Origin: Promethearchaeota archaeon
Lineage (GTDB): Archaea; Asgardarchaeota; Lokiarchaeia; Sigyniarchaeales; SOKP01
Reading direction: 5' to 3'
Length of the DNA: 64,000 bases
NCBI GenBank assembly: GCA_019058245.1
Contig: JAHPZJ010000030.1
Coordinates: forward strand, 1 to 64,000
Shown piece by piece: positions 22,082 through 32,867 of this stretch. The notes beneath the pieces were generated by a model. That model ran no database searches and had not been told where the DNA came from. It worked only from the letters and a program-made list of their open reading frames with translations. The number at the start of each line of letters is the position of its first letter. The first letter of the stretch is position 1. A program made the translations under genes and the position numbers.

Positions 22082-22415
22082 AAACTAATAACCTCAATAA
22101 TTTGAATTTCTTTTATTATTTTTGGAGAAAAAGCACTAATCATGGGAGAAAACATCCTTTATAAAAGTTGAATAATGATATTTTTAAAAAATAAGAATAC
22201 AAGTGTTCCACTGTAATTAAGTAACGATAGCAAATATTAAAAATTTTATTGTTTTGGGCAATATTAAATTATTCCAATTATATTCATAAAATTAAATTAT
22301 AAGAAGATAATTACATCAAGCTTTGGAATAAACTTAATATTTGATTATTTTTATAGTCCAAATTATACAATCTTAAAAAAGAATTTAATTTATACACAAA
22401 TTTAATTACATAATA

Positions 22416-23024
22416 ATGAAATTAATTGATATTTTAAGAAAAAGAATAATTATATTTATCATTCAAATACTTCTCCTAAATGTTTTAGTTTTTATAATTG
22501 GAAATGAATATACTATAGATTTTAATGAAGAAACCTCAAAAACCCAAGAATTAATAATACAATTCTTAGCAAACTTCACGATTTTTGATACTATACAGGG
22601 ATTTTACTTTATTTATATTAGTTGGCTCTTAATCTCATTAATTCCAATATTTCTGTTTAATAATTTCAAAAAAGCCTCTTCAATGAATCTATTGACATTT
22701 TTCTTTCCATGTTTTTTTTTTTATGTATTTCTAAAGAGATATGCAAAAATATTTTTTGACTCAAATTTTTATCGTCTTATTGGACAGACAATCATACTTG
22801 GGATTTTTATTATTGGATTTTCAATATGTCTTTCTTTACTATTGAAAAAACTCATAAAGAGTGATATTGAATCTCAAAGAGAAGATTTATTAATTTTAGC
22901 AAGGAATAATAAAAGTGAATGTCCACATTGTGGTACAATTTTTGATTCAATTCCCAATTTTTGCTATAATTGCAATGCAGATTTAACAATGCCAATTAAC
23001 AATGAGAATAAAATAAAAAAGTAG
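22416..23024 (+). CDS. Membrane protein with C-terminal zinc ribbon
   Basis: About 4 TM segments, CPHCG...CYNC. Confidence 0.75.
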   Translation: MKLIDILRKRIIIFIIQILLLNVLVFIIGNEYTIDFNEETSKTQELIIQFLANFTIFDTIQGFYFIYISWLLISLIPIFLFNNFKKASSMNLLTFFFPCFFFYVFLKRYAKIFFDSNFYRLIGQTIILGIFIIGFSICLSLLLKKLIKSDIESQREDLLILARNNKSECPHCGTIFDSIPNFCYNCNADLTMPINNENKIKK

Positions 23025-23296
23025 CATTGATACAAAAGCGTTATGGGCAATCTATTTTGAAATAATTTAAATATAAAAAAAAGTCAAATATATTCAAATT
23101 TTAAAATTAAAGGGATTTTAGATAAATTTTTTACTCTTTTCTTGACATTCTCAACACAGTAAATCTACATCAAATCTCATTTAATAAATATAAAAAAATC
23201 TAAAACTCTAAATCTAATGCTTAATAAGATATATTAACTTAATATTAAATCATTATAATCCCAGTTAATTAATGGATATTATAAAAGGTAAGTATT

Positions 23297-24763
23297 GTGG
23301 AAAAGAAATCATTAGATCTTTTATTTAAACCCCGAAATGTTGTTATATTTGAAGCAAAAGAAAGATATAAGTTTTTTATTGAGGGTTTTAAAATGCAAGG
23401 ATATGATCTAGAGAAATTATATTTAATATCACCAACAGAGAGAGAAATCTTTGGAATTGAGTGTTATAAAAAGATTGATGATATACCTGATGATACAATT
23501 GATTTATTGATTTTAGCTGTTAGAAGAGATATACTTTTAAGAACTTTAGAAGAGATTACAGATATCAAGAAAATTGAATTTATACACATTTTTACTGCAG
23601 GAACAGGAGAATTTGATGAAATTGGAGCAAAGATTGAAAATCAATTGAAAAATTTTTTCGATAATCACCCTAACATAAAAGCAATAGGTCCAAATTGTAT
23701 GGGTATTTATTGTCCTAGTGGGAAAACAGCATATCTTCCTAGATTCCCACTAGATAAGGGGAATATAGGTTTGATTTATCACTCTGGTGATTTACATTCA
23801 AGAGCTATAAACTATGGATATAGTAGATATCGCCTTACATTTTCAAAAGGAGCTAGTATAGGAAATTGTGTAAGTTTGCAAGTAACCGATTTTTTAGATT
23901 ATTTCGAGAAAGATGGTGAAATTGACTTAATTAGCATTTATTTTGAAGGTTTTTCAAAATATCAAAAATCAGCAGGAAATGAATTACTTAAGAGATTAAA
24001 AAAAATGAAAAAACCAATATTATTTTTGCGTGGTGGTATGACAAAGCGCGCTCAATCTGCTGTTCAAACACATACTGGTTCCTTAGGATCAGATGAAAAG
24101 ATCTGGGGTGCAATATTTAATCAAACACCTCTAATTGAAGTAGGAAGCTGCTTAGACGAAATGATTGATTATATGTTCATTTTTGATAGTTTTTTTAAAA
24201 AATATAGAGAATTACCTTTTGAAGAACAAATCAAGTATTATCCTAAAGGAAAAAATGTCTTAGTTATTATGTGGTCAGGTGGATTAGGAATTCTTGATAC
24301 TGATACTCTAATTAGGTTAAAACTTAATTTACCTTTATTTGAAGGAAAAATTAAAGAACGATTAATGAAAGTATTCCCAATTAAAATAGGATCTCTCAAT
24401 AATCCATTAGACTTACCATGGGTTTCACGATCAGAACATTATGTTAATTTATGCAAAGCGGCGATTTCAGAAGATATTAATCTGGTAATTATGCACACAA
24501 ATGCTTTTGGTTTTGAAGATAAGGAACGATTTAAAGAATATTATGCTAATTTAAAGGAGATAAGAAAACATGTTGAATCTTTGAATAAGATTTTGATATT
24601 GATTTTATCAGAAACACCAATGAAAATTCGCAACGATTATTTTGAACTTCTTATTGATGATGGTTTTATCGTGTATCCTTCAATTGATCGGGGTGCTAAA
24701 TCATTTTTAAAATTATATGAATTTGGTAAGAAAATAGCAAGATTGCATAATAAAAATAACTAG
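23297..24763 (+). CDS. NDP-forming acyl-CoA synthetase alpha-subunit-like (CoA-binding) protein
   Basis: GPNCMG, HSG, SIGN, phospho-His motif AVQTHTGSL, SGGLG, NPLDL. Confidence 0.88.
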   Translation: MEKKSLDLLFKPRNVVIFEAKERYKFFIEGFKMQGYDLEKLYLISPTEREIFGIECYKKIDDIPDDTIDLLILAVRRDILLRTLEEITDIKKIEFIHIFTAGTGEFDEIGAKIENQLKNFFDNHPNIKAIGPNCMGIYCPSGKTAYLPRFPLDKGNIGLIYHSGDLHSRAINYGYSRYRLTFSKGASIGNCVSLQVTDFLDYFEKDGEIDLISIYFEGFSKYQKSAGNELLKRLKKMKKPILFLRGGMTKRAQSAVQTHTGSLGSDEKIWGAIFNQTPLIEVGSCLDEMIDYMFIFDSFFKKYRELPFEEQIKYYPKGKNVLVIMWSGGLGILDTDTLIRLKLNLPLFEGKIKERLMKVFPIKIGSLNNPLDLPWVSRSEHYVNLCKAAISEDINLVIMHTNAFGFEDKERFKEYYANLKEIRKHVESLNKILILILSETPMKIRNDYFELLIDDGFIVYPSIDRGAKSFLKLYEFGKKIARLHNKNN

Positions 24764-24840
24764 TATATAACATTTTTATTTCTATTGCAGAGTATGATAT
24801 TATACAAAACAATTTAGGTTTCTTTTAATTCATATACTCA

Positions 24841-25818
24841 ATGTTTGGGGAACTTATTGCAATTTCAGCAGTACTAACTTTTGTAGGATCTAATGTTCTT
24901 TTTCGTAAAACAGAAAAAGAAGTTAGTCCAACTTTAATCAATTTTTTTCGAACAGGGATTGGAACTTTAACTTTCCTTCTTATTATAATTCTCTTAAATC
25001 AATTCAATCTAATACTAATTATACCATGGGAATTGTGGTTATTATTAATTTTAAGTTTTGTTTTTGGTCAGGTTATAGCTGATACTGCTTATTTTACTGC
25101 TCAAAAGGAATTAGGGACCACAATAGCTCTTGCTATATCCATGATTTTTCCTCTTTTTACTTTTATTTTATCTATGATATTTCTTAAACAATCTTTTGAA
25201 ATGAATTTACTTTTATCTCTAATTTTAATTGGAATTGGAATCATAATAATCGGAAAATCTAAAAATACATCTGATAGATCAATAGTAGAAGAGGATTTAA
25301 CATCACGAAGATCAATAAAAACCGGATTTCAGAAGGTTTTTAATAAAGATTTTATGAAGGCATTAGCATTTTGTCTTACAGCTGCTCTAGGATGGGCTAT
25401 AGGAGCTGTTATAATTGATTATGCTACTAATAAAATAGATCAAATTATAATTGTTGATGAATTGAGTTCTATCGTAGGAAATGTAATCAGGTTTCCATTT
25501 GCATTATCTCTCTTAGGCTTAATGGTATTGAGAGAAAATAATTTAAAGAAAAAAGAGAATGATTCCTTAAAGCAAAAGATATCGCGTAACTCGTGGATCT
25601 ATTTATTAGTTGCTTCTATAATTGGTACTTCACTTGGGGCATATCTATATACCGAAGCTGTACATATTGCTGGGGCTAATGTTGTATCTTTAATTGCAAG
25701 TGCTGCTCCTTTATTTGCACTTCCGCTAACTTATTTTATAAATAAGGAAAAAATAACAAAATGGGGCTTTTTAGGAGTAATTTTAACTATTTTGGGCGTT
25801 CTTATTATTTTTTTCTAA
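24841..25818 (+). CDS. DMT/EamA family transporter
   Basis: Two 5-TM repeats; PLF motifs; KEKIT. Confidence 0.88.
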   Translation: MFGELIAISAVLTFVGSNVLFRKTEKEVSPTLINFFRTGIGTLTFLLIIILLNQFNLILIIPWELWLLLILSFVFGQVIADTAYFTAQKELGTTIALAISMIFPLFTFILSMIFLKQSFEMNLLLSLILIGIGIIIIGKSKNTSDRSIVEEDLTSRRSIKTGFQKVFNKDFMKALAFCLTAALGWAIGAVIIDYATNKIDQIIIVDELSSIVGNVIRFPFALSLLGLMVLRENNLKKKENDSLKQKISRNSWIYLLVASIIGTSLGAYLYTEAVHIAGANVVSLIASAAPLFALPLTYFINKEKITKWGFLGVILTILGVLIIFF

Positions 25819-26018
25819 ATAAAAAGTAAAAATTATTCATAATACTGTTCAAATAATTTTAATTCATCTGAAATCCCCAATTATACCAATTATTTTATTA
25901 TTTAGAATAGAAAGATCTCCATCTAATTCATGATAAATCTCTACCATTTTTTAAATCCCCAAATATAAATATATATGGTATTTAAAAAAATCTCCTATAA
26001 GCTAAGTGGTATATTTAT

Positions 26019-26600
26019 TTATAACAATCGATTGTAATCTAATTTGTTTTTCTCTAAAACACTAATAACTAGTTCCTTAAAGATTAATTCAATATTATAA
26101 TTATCCTTAGAAGAAGTTTTATAAAAATCAGTTTCCTTATGTCTTTCTTTAAATCTTTTAATAACTAAATCATCAACCCTAGTTTTTTCATCAGCAGTTT
26201 TAACAAGATCGTTTTTTGCACCTATTATCATACGTGGTGTATGGATTTGTTCATATTCCTCTAATTTTTCATACCACCAATCTAATCTCAGTAACGTTTG
26301 AAGATCTATTAAATTAAATACCATGAATATCCCATTAGCACCATTAATATAATAGGGAAATAATTTTTTAAATTGTTCTCGTCCACCAAAATCCCAGATA
26401 CTAATTCGAACAAACGAATTCTCATCATCTACGATAATTGGAAGGTCTTTGGTATAGAACTCAATTCCAAGAGTTTCTCTAGTATTCACATCAAATGTAT
26501 TGAAACATAATCTTCTTGCAATACACGTTTTTCCTACACGCTCTTGACCAAGTACACAAATCTTAAAGATATATACAGGTTTTTCCTCGGACTTTCGCAT
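26019..26600 (-). CDS. Rab-like small GTPase
   Basis: FKICVLGQERVGKT, WDFGG, GAKND, TSSK; no C-terminal Cys. Confidence 0.92.
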   Translation of the reverse strand: MRKSEEKPVYIFKICVLGQERVGKTCIARRLCFNTFDVNTRETLGIEFYTKDLPIIVDDENSFVRISIWDFGGREQFKKLFPYYINGANGIFMVFNLIDLQTLLRLDWWYEKLEEYEQIHTPRMIIGAKNDLVKTADEKTRVDDLVIKRFKERHKETDFYKTSSKDNYNIELIFKELVISVLEKNKLDYNRLL

Positions 26601-27019
26601 GATTTGGTAAGACTCCTAATTCTTGATATAATTTAAGTAATAGGTATTTTTAATTTTTTATAATTGAATTCTTATAATTAAAAAATACTTAACTTAATTA
26701 TTAAAAATAAAAGTTTGGATTTATAAGTTTTGAGTATATAAAAATAAATCTAAAACAAATAAACTATGAAATAAGAAGTATTTTTACCAGACTATACACC
26801 AATTATTACTACTGATCCAATTTAAATCTGTTTATAAGATTCAAATTCAAAAAGAGAAATCAATAAGATTAAAAAAAGAAACAGAAAAATATCTCAAAAT
26901 TTAAAATTTTATAAACTTCTTTTTTGATATATTAATTATATAGGTTCTGGACAGTTCTTTTACTTGAGAAAAAAGAAACCTGCTTTAAAAAGTTAATAAT
27001 CTAAAAGTTCTATGTTTAA

Positions 27020-28105
27020 CTACAAGTTTTCCAAAGAGTTTGTTGTTTTCTTATCATACACTTTTAAATTCAATTTTCCTTTAGTAGGAATTTCTATATA
27101 AGTAGGTTGCATGTGCTGCCAAGATCCACTGTTTAATATTTCTACTTTCAGATTATTTATGTTTCCATATGATATTCCACTATGATGAGTGTGTCCATAT
27201 ATAACATGGTTAATTTTTGAAAGGTCATACTTATCATTCTCTAAAAACGCTTTTATTTCTTCAAAATAATAATCAGGATGACTCGCACGTTCCCATTTAG
27301 TCATTATACGCATGTTTGTTTTAATTAAGTTAAATTCTAAATTACTTAATCCTGAAAATAATCTGTCCATAGTTTCTTTAGGCATTTTTTTTAGAACAAC
27401 TAATTCTTTTTTCATCTGATCAAGTTTAATTGGTTTAATCTTTCTTTTCTCTTTAACTACCTCATTCCAAAAATAATCATAAGTTTCTTTTACCTCAAAT
27501 TTATTATTAGAGATTAAAGATTTCCATATGGGTCCTACAAAAAACCTATATAAATCACTATCAAATTGATAACCATGGGTTAGAAAACATTTATACTCCA
27601 TATCCAAATCTAGACCTTTAACTTTTATTTTATTGATTGGTTTATTTTCAATTTGTTCTCGCGAGTCGTATAGTGAAAGCATAGCACCCTCATCCCTATT
27701 TTTTAATAATAAATATTGACAATATAAGTCTTTATCAAATAATTCACTGAAACTACTATTCTTAAATTTGATTAAATACTTCAGTTCCCGACGCTTAAAT
27801 TTCTCGTCGTAATCTCCAGTAACAGGAATCTCATGATTCCCCAAAACAATAACGAGGTTTATTGATTTTTTAATATCTAGCAAAAGACTAAAAATTTTTT
27901 GCACTTTTTCTCTTTTTAAAAGTCTCTCAGGAACGTCCATACATAAATCGATAAAATCCCCTAATATTACAAGAGTTTGTAATTCATCTCCGAAATCTCC
28001 AGTGAGAACGTTTTGTAAAAATTGAATAAACAAATCTCTTTCACAATCCAAGGACCCTAAGTGAATATCTGAGACTACTAAAATCTTAGGTTTTGTTTCG
28101 ATCAT
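27020..28105 (-). CDS. Calcineurin-like metallophosphoesterase (LpxH-like)
   Basis: SDIHLG, GDFID, GNHE, THG, GHTH, NSGSW. Confidence 0.9.
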   Translation of the reverse strand: MIETKPKILVVSDIHLGSLDCERDLFIQFLQNVLTGDFGDELQTLVILGDFIDLCMDVPERLLKREKVQKIFSLLLDIKKSINLVIVLGNHEIPVTGDYDEKFKRRELKYLIKFKNSSFSELFDKDLYCQYLLLKNRDEGAMLSLYDSREQIENKPINKIKVKGLDLDMEYKCFLTHGYQFDSDLYRFFVGPIWKSLISNNKFEVKETYDYFWNEVVKEKRKIKPIKLDQMKKELVVLKKMPKETMDRLFSGLSNLEFNLIKTNMRIMTKWERASHPDYYFEEIKAFLENDKYDLSKINHVIYGHTHHSGISYGNINNLKVEILNSGSWQHMQPTYIEIPTKGKLNLKVYDKKTTNSLENL

Positions 28106-28614
28106 TTTCTATCATCTATTTTTTACGTAAATTAATAATATATCATTATAATAGAATAAAATAAAATTATTAAAGAGAATAGATACTGTTTATATCGGCA
28201 AAAAATTTTTTTAAATCCTCAAGATAAATTATTATAAATTCAACTAAAGTGCGCTTTATGAGTATCATTTTATAAATAATCTTGATGATAAATACATTAA
28301 TCTTTTATCTCATATATTACATATTGGAAAGCGGATAAAGATGTTAATAATTATTATGGGTTTTGTAAGATTGTTCTAATATAATCTAGTCATTTGAAAT
28401 CAAAAATTGATCATTTTCTCTTAATTGAATTCACTAGTAAAAAATTTATCAATTATTTTAATCAATTTTTTTTGTCGACCATATTTGATTGATCATATAC
28501 ATCGGATTAGTAATGATCGACCAACACATTTAAATATAAGTAATACTAATTAAAATTTAAATACACTCTAAAAAAAGAATATAAAATAAGAAAAATTAAG
28601 TGGAGGAATAAAAA

Positions 28615-28821
28615 ATGGCTGCATTTGCATGGAGTCCTTTACGGGCTCTAATGAAGAAAGCCGGAGCAGAAATTGTAAGTCGAGCTGCAGTTGACAAATT
28701 AATGGATTATTTAGAAGAATATGCCAAGAGTTTAACTGGCTGTGCGCTTGATATTGCTAAACACTCCGGTAGAAAGAAAGTAACCGCTGCAGATATGAAA
28801 ATTGCTATCGGTTTAATATAA
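28615..28821 (+). CDS. Archaeal histone (HMf-type, no tail)
   Basis: LMKKAGAEIVS..A, AKHSGRKKV...D histone fold; GGAGG SD. Confidence 0.95.
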   Translation: MAAFAWSPLRALMKKAGAEIVSRAAVDKLMDYLEEYAKSLTGCALDIAKHSGRKKVTAADMKIAIGLI

Positions 28822-28890
28822 ACAGTTTTTAAGTTACTTTCTCTTATTAATAAATTTTTTTTTTATTTTTTTCTTCTAATTTATTATAAT

Positions 28891-29445
28891 TCATAATTCC
28901 CATGAAAGCTTGAGTTTAGTCCATTTGTCATTAATCCATGATTTATTTAAAAAGGAAAAATTAACTTTTTTGTTAATACATAATTCAATAAAGCGTTGTG
29001 CATATCCTGCTGCTATAAGGTACCAATTTTTCCAATCTCGAGGAAAATCTTTATAAGTAAATACTAATTCGTTATCAGAGACGAATTCTGGAAGTATTTC
29101 ACCAAAATTATGGACCATTTTATGAAAACGTGAATATTTTTCAGTAGCAAGTTTAATATCTCCCTCAATAACGGAAAATTTGTAGACTGTTGTGAACCAA
29201 CGGTTTGCCTCATCTCGTCCCCATTGGTGTAAAATTTTAGGATCATTTTTTCCTTCAAAAAGACAAATAGCATTATATATTTCCCTGTATTGTTCTAAAG
29301 GATACCAACTTGCTACGAGAATTCTTTTATTAAGAAGTTCTTTTGCTTTGTCTGAAAGAATCTCATTATATTTACCCCTTAAATTAGGATTTGCTTTAAT
29401 TGACTTCACTATTGTTACGAATATTGTTCCTTTTACTTCTTTCAA
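28891..29445 (-). CDS. 184-aa array paralog 8 (H-NOX/V4R-like, DUF2378-related)
   Basis: VKG, SWYP, WG, RFH, NFGE, NKSW shared with the other seven copies; TTG start. Confidence 0.85.
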   Translation of the reverse strand: MKEVKGTIFVTIVKSIKANPNLRGKYNEILSDKAKELLNKRILVASWYPLEQYREIYNAICLFEGKNDPKILHQWGRDEANRWFTTVYKFSVIEGDIKLATEKYSRFHKMVHNFGEILPEFVSDNELVFTYKDFPRDWKNWYLIAAGYAQRFIELCINKKVNFSFLNKSWINDKWTKLKLSWEL

Positions 29446-29646
29446 ATAAATCGCCTAATTAATTAAATTAATTTTTAATAAAATATTTCTTGATTAAATT
29501 GACCTAAACTAGCTTAACCTAATAAGAAAGTTTAAAAAATTCTTTAAAATTATAGCGTAACTCTGATTATAAAAACTTTAACTAAACGTTAATTTTCCTA
29601 ATATTATAGTAAAAAATATTCAATGGCTTTTTTAAATAAGAAACTG

Positions 29647-29661
29647 AAAAAAAAAAAAAAA
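29647..29661 (-). terminator. T15 tract, probable archaeal oligo(dT) terminator
   Basis: 15 consecutive A on + strand, about 90 bp downstream of the stop at 29752. Confidence 0.5.
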
Positions 29662-29751
29662 TTTTTAACATGATCTATTAAATCTAATAAAGATAAATTT
29701 GATTTAATAATAGTTATAAGTTTTAGTTTACAGATTGAAATAATAGATTAG

Positions 29752-30306
29752 TTATGAACCCCAAGAAAACCTTGTTTTCGTCCAACCTCCCCCTTCCCAT
29801 GACTTATTTTGAAAGGTATATTCTGGTTTTTTACCAATACATAATTCAATAAATGATAATGCGTATCCTAATGAGGTGTAATAGTAATTTTTCCAATCGC
29901 GAGGCAAATCTATATAACTAAATTCTAATTCATTATCAGAGGGGGATTCTACTTTAACTTCACCAAAATTAAAAACTTTTTTATGAAAGCGTTTATATCT
30001 CTCAACAGCTAGTTGAAGATCACCCTTAACAATAGTAGATTGGTAAATTGTTGTAAACCAATGTTTTCCTTCTTCTATTCCCCATCCGATTAAAGTTTTT
30101 GGATCATTTTTTGCTCCTAAAAAACATAATGTATCAAATAATTCTCTATAATCTTCTAAAGGATACCATGACGCATTTAAAATTCTTCTCTCAAGAAATT
30201 CTTTTGCTCTATTTGATAGTTTCCTATTATATTCCGCTCTTTTATTATGGTTTACTTTTATTGACTTCACAATCGTTATCAATAATGTTCCTTTTACTTG
30301 TTTCAC
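29752..30306 (-). CDS. 184-aa array paralog 7 (H-NOX/V4R-like)
   Basis: Same motifs; GTG start; only 34 bp from paralog 6. Confidence 0.85.
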   Translation of the reverse strand: MKQVKGTLLITIVKSIKVNHNKRAEYNRKLSNRAKEFLERRILNASWYPLEDYRELFDTLCFLGAKNDPKTLIGWGIEEGKHWFTTIYQSTIVKGDLQLAVERYKRFHKKVFNFGEVKVESPSDNELEFSYIDLPRDWKNYYYTSLGYALSFIELCIGKKPEYTFQNKSWEGGGWTKTRFSWGS

Positions 30307-30340
30307 ATAAATTCACTTCCTTATCGAAATTATTTTAAAT

Positions 30341-30895
30341 TCAAGAAGACCATGAAAATTTAACAGTAGTCCAACCCTGATTTTTCCATGATTTATTTAG
30401 GTAAACGTAGTCTATTTGTTTATCAAGACACATTTCTATAAACGCAATTGCCCATCCTACAGCTGTATGATACCAATTTTCCCATTCACGAGGCATATCA
30501 GTATAAGTAAATTTTACTTCGTTATCAGAGATAATTTCTGGTATGATTTCTCCAACAGTCGTAGTTCTTTTGTGAAATCGTATATATCTCTCAGCAGCAA
30601 GTTGGATATCGTTTTTAATAACTGTAGACTGATATGTTGATGAAAATGTACGTTTTCCATCCATTTCTCCCCATCCGACAATAGTTTTTGGATCATTTCT
30701 AGCTTCTACAAAACATAAAGCATCAAAGCATTCTCGATATAATTCAAAAGGATACCATGATGCTATCAGAATTCTTTGCTTAAGAAATTCTTTTGCATTG
30801 TCTGAAAGTATCTTGTTATATTCACTTCTTTTTTGATGGTTCGCTTTAATAGACTTTACAGTCATGATTAATACCGATCCTTTTACTTTTTTCAA
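30341..30895 (-). CDS. 184-aa array paralog 6 (H-NOX/V4R-like)
   Basis: Same motifs, with TTTVGE replacing NFGE; TTG start; most similar to paralog 1. Confidence 0.85.
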   Translation of the reverse strand: MKKVKGSVLIMTVKSIKANHQKRSEYNKILSDNAKEFLKQRILIASWYPFELYRECFDALCFVEARNDPKTIVGWGEMDGKRTFSSTYQSTVIKNDIQLAAERYIRFHKRTTTVGEIIPEIISDNEVKFTYTDMPREWENWYHTAVGWAIAFIEMCLDKQIDYVYLNKSWKNQGWTTVKFSWSS

Positions 30896-31047
30896 ATCAA
30901 TCCCCTTCTTAACTTAAATTAATTATAATAACCCTAAGCCTAAAAAGAACTATAGATAAACCTTTAAGATTATCTAATAAGGCTGCTGATTGTAAAATCT
31001 CTGTTCATTTCTGATTTCTTTGATTTTCTAACTATACTTCAAATATT

Positions 31048-31602
31048 TTAGGATCCCCATGAAAGCTTGGCTGTGGTCCATCCTCCGTTTAACCATGATT
31101 TATTTAAGAATGTGTGCTTTATTTTTTTTTCAATGCATAATTCTATAAACACTTTTGCCCACCCCACAGCTGTATAATACCAATTTTTCCAATCAGGAGG
31201 AATATCTATCCATGTTACTTCTATCTCGGTTCCAGTGTTGAAGCTTGGTACAATTTTACCAAAATTAAACAACATATTATGAAAGCGAGTATATTTCTCA
31301 ATGGCGAGTTGTAGATCTCCTTTGAAAACCGTAGATCTGTATATCGTAGTCAACCAACGTTTTCCTTCCATAAAACCCCACTCTACCAATGTTTCTGGAT
31401 TATTGTTTGCTTCAATTAAACATAAAGCATCAAAACATTCTCTATAAGATTCCAATGGATACCATGATGCCGTCAGAATTCTTCGTTCAAGAAATTCTTT
31501 AGCGCTATTTGAAAGTATCTGATCATATTTCTCTCTTTTACTATGGTTTACTTTAATTGATTTTACAATCATTAAAACCATCGTTCCTTTTACTTGCTTC
31601 AC
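31048..31602 (-). CDS. 184-aa array paralog 5 (H-NOX/V4R-like)
   Basis: Same motifs; GTG start. Confidence 0.85.
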   Translation of the reverse strand: MKQVKGTMVLMIVKSIKVNHSKREKYDQILSNSAKEFLERRILTASWYPLESYRECFDALCLIEANNNPETLVEWGFMEGKRWLTTIYRSTVFKGDLQLAIEKYTRFHNMLFNFGKIVPSFNTGTEIEVTWIDIPPDWKNWYYTAVGWAKVFIELCIEKKIKHTFLNKSWLNGGWTTAKLSWGS

Positions 31603-31965
31603 ATAAATCCCCTTATTTTTCCTAATTAAACCTAGTTTAACTAATTAAAAATTACTTAATCTGATCTAAGCTAGTTGTCCTAATCTAAACTTTCTTAAGA
31701 TTATCCAAATTAACTTAGCCAATAAAGTAACTTTTAAGAGTTTTTCAAAAATCTAGTGTTTATTTGACTATAAAAATGTTTACATATAGATATAATCCGT
31801 GTTATATCAACATAATTAAGTTATAGCCTCTTTTGTCTATGAATAATAAGTATTATTTGTTTTTAGAATTATTATATGATTTAAAGCATCTCCAAGAAAT
31901 AAGTTCATAATTCATAGATTGAAGCCTTTAGTTCTAAATCTTGAATTTTTTAAGGAGTCCATGAA
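31585..31965 (+). repeat. 381-bp direct repeat, copy 1 (array spacer plus gene ends)
   Basis: Matches 32487..32867 with 3 mismatches seen; period 902 bp. Confidence 0.95.
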
Positions 31966-32504
31966 AACTGGATTTTTGTCCCACCATCCTGTATCCATGA
32001 TTTATTTAAGAATGTATAATCTACTTCTTTGTCAATACATAATTTAATAAATGTTATTACCCATCCTACTGATGATTGATACCAATTTTCCCAATCAAGA
32101 GGAAGATCTTTGTAAGATAATTCTATCTTATTATCAGAGATTACATTTGGTATAATTTCACCGAAATTAAAAAATCTTCTGTGTAAACGCTGGTATTTCT
32201 CTATAGCCATTTCAATGTCTCCCTTAAGGATAATAGCCTGGTAAAGTGTCGTAAGCCAACGATATGCTTCCCTTATAGCCCATTTAAGAACAATTTCCTG
32301 ATTATTTCGTGCTTCAACATAACATATTGCGTCAAAACATTCTCTATAATCCTCTAAAGGATACCATGATCCCGTCAGTATTCTTTTTTGAAGAAATTCT
32401 TTTGCTCGGTCTGATAGTATTCTGTCATATTCACCCCATCCTTTAGAGCTTGTTTTGATTGATTTTACAATCGTTATTATTAACGATCCTTTTACTTGCT
32501 TCAC
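31950..32504 (-). CDS. 184-aa array paralog 4 (H-NOX/V4R-like)
   Basis: Same motifs (RLH variant); GTG start; flanked by the direct repeats. Confidence 0.85.
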   Translation of the reverse strand: MKQVKGSLIITIVKSIKTSSKGWGEYDRILSDRAKEFLQKRILTGSWYPLEDYRECFDAICYVEARNNQEIVLKWAIREAYRWLTTLYQAIILKGDIEMAIEKYQRLHRRFFNFGEIIPNVISDNKIELSYKDLPLDWENWYQSSVGWVITFIKLCIDKEVDYTFLNKSWIQDGGTKIQFSWTP

Positions 32505-32867
32505 ATAAATCCCCTTATTTTTCCTAATTAAACCTAGTTTAACTAATTAAAAATTACTTAATCTGATCTAAGCTAGTTGTCCTAATCTAAACTTTCTTAA
32601 GATTATCCAAATTAACTTAGCCAATAAAGTAACTTTTAAGAGTTTTTCAAAAATCTAGTGTTTATTTGACTATAAAAATGTTTACATATAGATATAATCC
32701 GTGTTATATCAACATAATTAAGTTATAGCCTCTTTTGTCTATGAATAATAAGTATTATTTGTTTTTAGAATTATTACATGATTTAAAGCATCTCCAAGAA
32801 ATAAGTCCATAATTCATAGATTGAAGCCTTTAGTTCTAAATCTTGAATTTTTCAAGGAGTCCATGAA
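32487..32867 (+). repeat. 381-bp direct repeat, copy 2
   Basis: Matches 31585..31965. Confidence 0.95.
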
